From: Bacilli bacterium
GTDB lineage: Bacteria > Bacillota_I > Bacilli_A > RFN20 > CAG-826
Length of the DNA: 64,000 nucleotides
Reading direction: 5' to 3'
Assembly (NCBI GenBank): GCA_050952805.1
Contig: JBMNLM010000001.1
Location: forward strand, 397,713-461,712
A program made the translations under genes and the position numbers. The notes beneath the pieces were generated by a model, which saw nothing but the letters and a program-made list of their open reading frames with translations, ran no database searches and had not been told where the DNA came from. The number at the start of each line of letters is the position of its first letter. Position 1 is the stretch's first letter. Positions 58,301-64,000 of the stretch are shown one piece after another.

Positions 58301-58934
58301 GATTTAGAGCACGTTTTCTAAATTCAGCGACTTTATCAAGAGGAAGGAGTTTCTTCCATTCTTCATCTTCGACAAATTCAACGTTTTGAATTTCGTGAGA
58401 TGTTCTAAAGCCATCAAAGAAATGTAGTACTGGTACACTTGCGTCAATTGCGACAAGGTGAGCAACGTTAGCAAGGTCTGCTACTTCTTGAACAGAATGT
58501 GAGCATATCATCGTAATACCTGTTTGACGTACAGCGTAGATATCTTGATGATCACCAAAAATTGAAAGGGCACGTGCTGCTATTGACCGAGCTGAAACGT
58601 GCATGACAGCAGGTAATAGTTCACCAACCCATTTGTAAATGTTTGGAAGCATTAGTAAAAGACCTTGTGAGGCTGTATAAGTCGTTGCAAGTGCACCGGC
58701 TTGAAGTGAACCGTGAACTGCACCACTTGCACCGCCTTCACTTTGTAGTTCTGCTACTTTTACTTTGCTACCAAAAAAATTAAGCTTCCCTTGTGAAGCA
58801 TAAATGTCAATCAATTCCGCCATTGGTGAGGATGGGGTAATTGGGTAAATTGCAGCAACATCAGTGTAATTATAACTAGCTAGCGCCGCTGCGGTATTTC
58901 CATCAACGGATAGAAATTTCTTTTTAACTTCCAT
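55392..58934 (-). CDS. nifJ: Pyruvate:ferredoxin (flavodoxin) oxidoreductase, single-polypeptide NifJ/PFOR type
   Basis: About 1180 aa with two 4Fe-4S ferredoxin motifs (CIQCNTCSFVCPH, CVGCGLCVVTCP), the TPP-binding GGDGWAYDIG and the DGNTAAA N-terminus. ATG at 58932-58934 with RBS GGAGG is preferred over the ORF-track start at 58958. Confidence 0.9.
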   Translation of the reverse strand: MEVKKKFLSVDGNTAAALASYNYTDVAAIYPITPSSPMAELIDIYASQGKLNFFGSKVKVAELQSEGGASGAVHGSLQAGALATTYTASQGLLLMLPNIYKWVGELLPAVMHVSARSIAARALSIFGDHQDIYAVRQTGITMICSHSVQEVADLANVAHLVAIDASVPVLHFFDGFRTSHEIQNVEFVEDEEWKKLLPLDKVAEFRKRALNPHTNAVTRGGAENDDIYFQAREAQNLHYQNVIEVSEKYFEAASKLTGRKYAPFVYEGAKDATKVIVAMGSITDTVGEVVRDLNSKGEKLGLVKVHLYRPFSAKHLSSVIPSTVKQIAVLDRTKEMGAVGEPLYVDVVSALKLMNREDIEVYGGRYGLSSKDTQPKHIKGVFDFLDNKPWHSFTIGIEDDLTNLSVKPDEDYHIVHDNHACLFYGLGSDGTVSANKSSIKIIGDATGQYAQAYFAYDSRKAGGATRSYLRFGKNPIHSPYYIENAGFISCSLDTYLFKYDMLRNLKDGGTFLLNTELTDEELLNSMPNRVKYQLAKRNARFFVIDANAIAREIGMGRHTNTILQSSFFYLNPSIMDYESAKDWMKKLAKATYGRKGEAVVKKNYDAIDRGADGLREIKVDKEWLKLKPVAEVKLSGDKYFDEFVTPIERLEGNDLPTSMFTNFDLLDGTMQNDVTFKQKRQIADQVPHWISENCIQCNTCSFVCPHATIRPFLLTPEEIEKLPEDVKDDLIPAMGPGLQGYMFRIQVSPANCVGCGLCVVTCPGKRGQKALEMRDTKEEIHLEAAADYLYKEVTYKDNLLPEPLQNAIKGVGFKMPYMEISGACAGCGETPYYRLVSQLFGADMLVANATGCSSIYCGSTPGTPFVTNKEGEGVAWANSLFEDNAEFGFGMRLATDYKLARIAEILEANKADVEEELALLIDDYLANVKDRAHTKAIKDKLITLIENSRNEAIKESLLYKDDFVDKSVWIVGGDGWAYDIGYGGLDHVLASGADVNVLVLDTEVYSNTGGQASKSTQTGAIAKFAASGKTGTKKNLALMAMAYGDVYVAQISLGANPNAAIKALKEAESYEGPSLVIAYSPCVEHGIKGGLSNHNTVEKKAVESGYWNIFRYDPRLEKEGKSPLQLDYNKEPDYSLFREFVMGENRFSQLPKVNPEHAEELLTKSEQEARKRYERIKKFG

Positions 58935-59001
58935 ATATAAACCTCCGTAAACAATCATATATAGTATACATTAATTTTCTTTCTTTTAACTGGCGAATTT
59001 T

Positions 59002-59025
59002 AAAAAAAGCCTTATAGGCTTTAAT
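59002..59025. terminator. Hairpin terminator between the hypothetical wHTH gene and the PFOR gene
   Basis: AAAGCC-TTATA-GGCTTT flanked by A- and T-runs. Confidence 0.4.
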
Positions 59026-59044
59026 TAGTAATTGTTTCTTTGTT

Positions 59045-59464
59045 CTATTTATTTTTTCTTCGTTTTTGTTCTTCGTTAATTAAGCGTTTTAAAGCGCGAA
59101 GTTCGCGGTCTGTTAAAACGCGGTTTTGATCAATCATGCCGCTATTGCCGATTGTCATTTTTTTATAAATAAAGTCGCCAATTGACTCATATTCATCAAG
59201 CTCTTTTTGCGTTACAGGAACAATTTCACGCGGTTTTTGCTGGGTTTCCTCATAAATTGCAATGTGTTCTTCTAAAGCAGGTAGTAATTCTAGATAGTTA
59301 AAATTCGTATCAAATTTAATAAGCGGATTAAAATAAACTAAATCGTCCGTTATAACACTAGGTACGCGTCCTGTCTTTTTAGAAAGCATTTCTAACGTTA
59401 CGTATTTACGATTAAAACTTCTTAATGCGCGTGCGTATTCTCTTACTCTTGTTATTCCAATCAT
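59045..59464 (-). CDS. Hypothetical small protein with a possible N-terminal winged-HTH
   Basis: 139 aa. The N-terminal RVREYARALRSFNRKYVTLEMLSKKTGRVPSVITDDL resembles the Rex-N/wHTH pattern. Basic C-terminal tail. No confident family assignment. Confidence 0.4.
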   Translation of the reverse strand: MIGITRVREYARALRSFNRKYVTLEMLSKKTGRVPSVITDDLVYFNPLIKFDTNFNYLELLPALEEHIAIYEETQQKPREIVPVTQKELDEYESIGDFIYKKMTIGNSGMIDQNRVLTDRELRALKRLINEEQKRRKNK

Positions 59465-59576
59465 ACTTTAATTATAGCATACGTTTTCTTTTTAAAAGGG
59501 CGTGCTATTCCTTATCTTTAATTTAAAACTTTAGATTACATGTATCAAAATTAAACTTTTAGTTAAATTTGTAGCG

Positions 59577-59918
59577 TTATTGGTTATAAGTCATTAGAAG
59601 GATAAAGGAAACGACAAAGGAAATGGATGCGATGACAATCGCAGCAATTGATAAGCCCTTACCAGTTCCATCCATCTTATTAGCGTTACTTAAACCAATC
59701 CCGCCAAATACCCAACCGAGAATTGGGCTAAAAAACGAGCAAACAAACCCTGCAATTGCAAAGCCATTTGACTTTTTTTCTTCTTTTTTAACAGCCTTTG
59801 CTTCTACTTCACTCGTATAATCATAAACTTGTTGAGGCTGGGCAAAACGGTGTCCGCAATTTGGACAAAAGTTTTGATGATCTTCAACGTTAACATTACA
59901 AACTGGACAGTTTTTCAT
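59577..59918 (-). CDS. Zinc-ribbon domain membrane protein (paralog of the CdsA N-terminal module)
   Basis: 113 aa. MKNCPVCNVNVEDHQNFCPNCGH (Cys4 ribbon) followed by two TM helices. RBS AAGGAG. Confidence 0.55.
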   Translation of the reverse strand: MKNCPVCNVNVEDHQNFCPNCGHRFAQPQQVYDYTSEVEAKAVKKEEKKSNGFAIAGFVCSFFSPILGWVFGGIGLSNANKMDGTGKGLSIAAIVIASISFVVSFILLMTYNQ

Positions 59919-60037
59919 GTCTTTAACTCCTTATGTAATATTCTCTTTTATTACGATTTAATTATAAAAGATTTAACTACTTTCGTAAATAGAAGCATTT
60001 ATATATATAAATTAAGCATTGTTTTGTGGCGTTTTCC

Positions 60038-60067
60038 TTAAAAAAACGCTTCTTTTGAATAGAAGCG
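60038..60067 (-). terminator. Rho-independent terminator after tRNA-Lys
   Basis: Hairpin CGCTTCT-TTTGAAT-AGAAGCG with a T-run on the minus strand. An adjacent second hairpin GCGTTTT/AAAACGC is also present. Confidence 0.5.
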
Positions 60068-60077
60068 ATATAAATCG

Positions 60078-60153
60078 TGGTGGACCGTACAGGGATCGAA
60101 CCTGTGACCCATTGATTAAGAGTCAATTGCTCTACCAACTGAGCTAACGGTCC
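60078..60153 (-). tRNA. tRNA-Lys (anticodon CUU)
   Basis: 76-nt cloverleaf on the reverse complement with anticodon loop CUCUUAA, T-arm GGTTCGATCC and a CCA end. Confidence 0.75.
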
Positions 60154-60198
60154 AAAAGGAACGAGTTAATAATAACGCAAATTTAAAAAATAAACAAC

Positions 60199-60222
60199 AA
60201 AAAACCCTAGTTTTCACTAGGG
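60199..60222 (-). terminator. Rho-independent terminator after the 409-aa lipoprotein gene
   Basis: Hairpin CCCTAGT-TTTC-ACTAGGG with flanking A- and T-runs. Confidence 0.5.
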
Positions 60223-60243
60223 TTAATTGTTTAGTTGTTTAGT

Positions 60244-61473
60244 TTAGTCAACTACTGTAAAGCTACTAGGTTCTAATGGTCCAAGGTTTGGCGTTGTATA
60301 CCAACTTAAGACACCTTTATAGTTAACCGTTTTGCCTTTATTCGCGTGGAAGAATTCGTTGAATTGAGTTTGAAGTTCTTTACCCATATGGTAGTTAAGT
60401 CCACAAACAATTTCAACAGTCGTTGGTTCACCATTTTTATCAACTGCTTCACCAATTAAGATGATGTTTGTATGGTCGCCTAAAATGACATCTTCAACAA
60501 CGGCGTTGTTACGGTCAGTAAGGTGATCCATAACAAGATTATCAATTTCGATAAGGGCACTATCTTTGCCTGCTAGTTTTGTTTCGAGTCTTTCTTCGTC
60601 GTTAGCAGCTTTAGCGTAATCATAAAAATCTTGCGCAGTTAATTTGTTGTAGGCTGGTTCTTTTACTTCTGGGAAATCAGCTGGGTTTTCAACTTTAATT
60701 TTTTGGACCCATTGAATTTGGCTAAGGCCATTAAATGCACTTGCTTTACCAACAGCACTAATTAAGTCGCCTTCGACAAAGCCATCATTTTGGAAGTCCA
60801 TAACTTTAAAGACGTTAAAACCTTCAAGACCATCAGCAATTGAGAGACTGTTCCAGTCAGTTAAGATTTGCGTAATATAGCCGCGAACGCCAATTAATTT
60901 ATCGGCTTCGGCATCTTTTGCTTCGACTAAGTCTAACCATTCGACTCTCCATTGCGGATAGACGTAAAAGTCATAAATTAGTCGTTCGCTAGTTTCACCA
61001 ACTGTAACGGTTCCATAGAGACGTCCTGCTCTTGCGTTTGGACGTTTTGAAATGTCTTCATTACCACTTTGAAGCCATACTGGATCATATTCTTCAAAGA
61101 GTGGGGCAATTACGATGCTAGTTGCATCATCACTTGTTGGTTGTCCAATTAAGAAACCAGCGAGTGCTTCGTCTTCTCTAAATGACCAGGTAACACTAAA
61201 GTCTTTCCCTTTTCTCTTACCACTAATGACAGCATTAATGTCATAGCCATCACGTAAATGATAACCATTTTCGGTTGGGAAATTAGGATGCGAGGTATTG
61301 AGATACTTTGTTTGGTTTCCTCTATCAATTAATAAAGGAACGTATTGAATTACCTCTTCTAGTGTTGCTCTTTCTTCAGCACGTCTTTCTTCAGCGGATT
61401 GTCCGCCGCAACCAACTAACGTCGCCGAGGCAAGAAACCCTAGCAAAATCGCTGTTAATTTTGTTTTTTTCAT
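60244..61473 (-). CDS. Lipoprotein of unknown function, encoded last in the sugar ABC transporter cluster
   Basis: 409 aa. N-terminus MKKTKLTAILLGFLASATLVGC with a lipobox. No recognised catalytic motif. Confidence 0.6.
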   Translation of the reverse strand: MKKTKLTAILLGFLASATLVGCGGQSAEERRAEERATLEEVIQYVPLLIDRGNQTKYLNTSHPNFPTENGYHLRDGYDINAVISGKRKGKDFSVTWSFREDEALAGFLIGQPTSDDATSIVIAPLFEEYDPVWLQSGNEDISKRPNARAGRLYGTVTVGETSERLIYDFYVYPQWRVEWLDLVEAKDAEADKLIGVRGYITQILTDWNSLSIADGLEGFNVFKVMDFQNDGFVEGDLISAVGKASAFNGLSQIQWVQKIKVENPADFPEVKEPAYNKLTAQDFYDYAKAANDEERLETKLAGKDSALIEIDNLVMDHLTDRNNAVVEDVILGDHTNIILIGEAVDKNGEPTTVEIVCGLNYHMGKELQTQFNEFFHANKGKTVNYKGVLSWYTTPNLGPLEPSSFTVVD

Positions 61474-61495
61474 ATTTATTTATTCCTTTCTTTTT

Positions 61496-63016
61496 TTACT
61501 CAATATAATCTTTTAGTCTTTTTGTGACAGAGCTAATTACTTCATCAGGTGATTTACCACCTGCGAAAAGTAGGTCCATCGCGGGGGTAATTTCTTGGCG
61601 AACAAAGGAACTGCCAACAAATGCTGGATCAGTAAAGCGAATCCAAGCATAGTCTTCATCTTCATAAAATTCTGCGTTCATCTTTGCTGTTTGCTGAATT
61701 ATTTTTTGTTCTGGTGAGAAGTTTTGTTCAGCTGGATCAGCATTTAAGAAGTTCGAATATAGTTCACTTTCTTGCATTGTTTTTGTAACAGGGAAGTAAG
61801 ATGTTCTCATCGCGAATTCATCGTTAACGACGGTTGTAAGATGACGGATAATCTTCCATGAAGTTAACTTATCTTCATAACTTCCGCGGTCAAAGATAGC
61901 AAGGTTTGTTCCTTGAGAAATGACAAACTTCTTATCAGCATCTTTATAAGGAATTGGGTGACTTTCAAGTTCAAATGGGAATTCAACCGCACCGTGAGGG
62001 ATGTTTTGGTCCGCACCTGCACTTGAAGAAATCGTAAGGACACATTCACCACGTTTAAATGGTCCAGAAGCATAAAGTGCTTCACCAAATGATTTTGGTG
62101 TACCAATAATGCGTTGGTTATATAAGTCCTTAAAGAAGGCTAGAGCTTCACGCGTTTCGGCACTATCGAAGCGAATATAGCCATAGTTAATATCCTTACC
62201 AATTTCCGTATACGTTCCGCCCCATTGACGGATGGCCGTAATAAAGAAATTAGCGGTACTATCCCAACTAAACGGTCTAAAGTCTTCTTTTTTAACATTA
62301 CGGAAGTCAAATGCGACCGTTGAGGCAAACTCTGCGTAGTTTGGAGCATCTTCAGCAGGAATGGCTGTTGCTATGGTTCCGTCTTCTAAAACGACTTTTC
62401 CGTAGTAGCCAAGTTCATCAACTGCAGTAATGATTTTTGCACCAACTTCTGCTAGTTCGTCCCAAGTTTCCGGAACCTTAATTGTTTCATCGTGTTTATT
62501 CATAACATCGAAGAAGCTCTTGTTTGCAATCATAACTTCGGTTGATTTGTTCCATGGTAAACCAATCGTTATCGGTTTAGAGTAATCATATTCTCCGTCT
62601 TCACCACGTTGATAAACCATGTTACGATTTTCTTCTAAGTAGTTAGGTTTAAAATCGCTAAGATCGATACCTTCTTCTGGGTCATTGATGAAGCCATCAA
62701 GAGGAACCATAATGTTTGCAGCTAGGTAATCCGCAAAGTGGTCAGGATAGCCATTTGCAATGTTTGGATAGGCTTCATTACTAACAGAAAGCGAAATTGA
62801 TTGATTAAGAGAGTCATATCCGCCTTTTGTTTCGTATTTAATATCGACATCGTATATTTGGCCAATTTCTTTTAACATCGGTTCAAGAACCGAATTAATT
62901 GCGCCACCGAAACCAGTCCAGAACATAATGCTTTTTTTCTTGCCGCCACCACACCCACTAAGTAGCATTAACGACGTAAGGGTAAGCGAGGTAGCAGCTA
63001 ATTTAAATTTTTTCAT
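61496..63016 (-). CDS. ABC transporter extracellular solute-binding lipoprotein (family 1, carbohydrate/CUT1-like)
   Basis: 506 aa. N-terminus MKKFKLAATSLTLTSLMLLSGC with a lipobox. MalE-like size and composition. Adjacent to a MalG-like permease. Confidence 0.75.
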   Translation of the reverse strand: MKKFKLAATSLTLTSLMLLSGCGGGKKKSIMFWTGFGGAINSVLEPMLKEIGQIYDVDIKYETKGGYDSLNQSISLSVSNEAYPNIANGYPDHFADYLAANIMVPLDGFINDPEEGIDLSDFKPNYLEENRNMVYQRGEDGEYDYSKPITIGLPWNKSTEVMIANKSFFDVMNKHDETIKVPETWDELAEVGAKIITAVDELGYYGKVVLEDGTIATAIPAEDAPNYAEFASTVAFDFRNVKKEDFRPFSWDSTANFFITAIRQWGGTYTEIGKDINYGYIRFDSAETREALAFFKDLYNQRIIGTPKSFGEALYASGPFKRGECVLTISSSAGADQNIPHGAVEFPFELESHPIPYKDADKKFVISQGTNLAIFDRGSYEDKLTSWKIIRHLTTVVNDEFAMRTSYFPVTKTMQESELYSNFLNADPAEQNFSPEQKIIQQTAKMNAEFYEDEDYAWIRFTDPAFVGSSFVRQEITPAMDLLFAGGKSPDEVISSVTKRLKDYIE

Positions 63017-63068
63017 AACGTCTCCTTTTCTATTATTTTATTAAGTTCCACGTAGTAAACGTAGAATA

Positions 63069-64000
63069 TTAACCTTTAATACCGCTACGCGAGACTCCGC
63101 GCATAATGTATTTTCTAAAGAAGATAAATACGATAAGTAGCGGCGAACTAATAATCATCGAACCGGCAATCTTAACCGTGTCATGACTACTAAACTCACT
63201 AGTAAACAAGCTCATAAGACCATTACTTACTAGTTTCATCGTGTGTTTAACCCCAAACCAATTTTCAAGCGGGGCGTTATTACCCGTTGCAATTAAGTTA
63301 GGCCAAATAAAGGCGTTCCATGCCCCCATTACGTTAAGAATTGTAATCGTAACGATGGTCGGCATTGCAATTGGAATCATTACGCGCCACAAGTAATTAA
63401 ATTCTCCAAAGCCATCAACTTTTGAGGCTAAGAATAATTCGTTAGGAATTTGTTGGAAGGTCATCCTAAGTTGGAAAATGTAGAAAACACTAACACCGTG
63501 AACGAAAATTAACGCCGCGAAAGTGTTAGTCCAGCCAATTCCAACTGTCGTTTGGAAGTTTGTAATAATCATCATTTCGCCAGGAACCATCATCGTTGCA
63601 AGTAAAATTGCAAAGAGGACATTCTTCCCTTTAAATTCAAGACGAGCAAAGGCAAAAGCACAAAGAATCGTCGTAAATACGGTAAAGAGCGTTGAAATAA
63701 GAGCAACGATAATCGTATTTAGGAAGTAGGGAAGGAAGTTATGAGCTTTACTTTGAACAATCGTAGAAAGCTGCGTTCCTAGTGAATTAAGTTGCGCTTG
63801 TGATAAATTCCCACCTAAAATAATGCGGAAGTTAATAAATGTTGGGGTACCAGTAAATAGTTTCAGGGCCCCCTCAGTTACTTCTTTGTTATACGTAGTT
63901 GGGTGTTTTAAGGAAGTAACAATCATAAACCAGAAAGGTACGAGGATAAAGAGCGCGAATAGCGTTAAGAATAAATAAATTAAAATCTTAATTACGATTC
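63069..64000 (-). CDS. ABC transporter permease, MalG-like (CUT1), 5' end beyond the window
   Basis: EAA-loop LASKVDGFGEFNYLWRVMIPIAMP. The reading frame stays open upstream of the ORF-track Met at 63926 to the window edge (…LVPFWFMIVTSLK). Confidence 0.8.
   Translation of the reverse strand, partial: IVIKILIYLFLTLFALFILVPFWFMIVTSLKHPTTYNKEVTEGALKLFTGTPTFINFRIILGGNLSQAQLNSLGTQLSTIVQSKAHNFLPYFLNTIIVALISTLFTVFTTILCAFAFARLEFKGKNVLFAILLATMMVPGEMMIITNFQTTVGIGWTNTFAALIFVHGVSVFYIFQLRMTFQQIPNELFLASKVDGFGEFNYLWRVMIPIAMPTIVTITILNVMGAWNAFIWPNLIATGNNAPLENWFGVKHTMKLVSNGLMSLFTSEFSSHDTVKIAGSMIISSPLLIVFIFFRKYIMRGVSRSGIKG

Overview
This 64 kb window is a low-GC (about 33%) chromosomal segment from a reduced-genome Firmicutes/Tenericutes-like bacterium. 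The 16S sequence and the abundance of lipoproteins look Acholeplasma- or Erysipelotrichia-like. The standard genetic code is used, with UGA as stop. Most of the window is densely packed housekeeping genes, largely on the minus strand, in the conserved Firmicute order: uppS-cdsA-dxr-rseP-polC, rpsB-tsf-pyrH-frr, dprA-topA-trmFO-xerC, rnhB-rbgA-lepB-rplS, ffh/ylxM-ftsY-rnc-plsX, yloU(asp23)-yloV(fakA), tpiA-pgk-gap, whiA-rapZ-trxB-lgt and uvrA. It also holds a complete 16S-23S-5S rRNA operon on the minus strand, five tRNAs (Ala-GGC, Arg-CCT, Pro-CGG, Pro-GGG, Lys-CTT), a pyruvate:ferredoxin oxidoreductase gene, two ABC transporter clusters and several lipoprotein genes. No mobile elements, CRISPR arrays or obvious defence islands are visible. 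The most interesting signal is at 2640-4513. A sigma-A-type promoter is followed by an RNA leader carrying the conserved cores of the c-di-AMP (ydaO/kimA-class) riboswitch. This leader drives a CPA2-family cation:proton antiporter gene, which is immediately followed by a 118-aa PII-like protein resembling the c-di-AMP receptor DarA/PstA. Together they form a putative two-tier, RNA-plus-protein, c-di-AMP-controlled ion-transport module. Other notable points are two tRNA-Pro genes with identical backbones but swapped anticodon arms, a zinc-ribbon module fused to CdsA with a free paralog, a TGTTATAAT-N6-start leaderless arrangement recurring at three genes, an XRE regulator plus an 18-bp perfect palindrome upstream of the gap operon, and several synteny breaks consistent with loss of FASII. 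Many ORF-track starts use GTG or TTG, so several CDS start coordinates are uncertain by a few codons. All coordinates of RNA genes and signals were derived by eye and are approximate to a few nucleotides.
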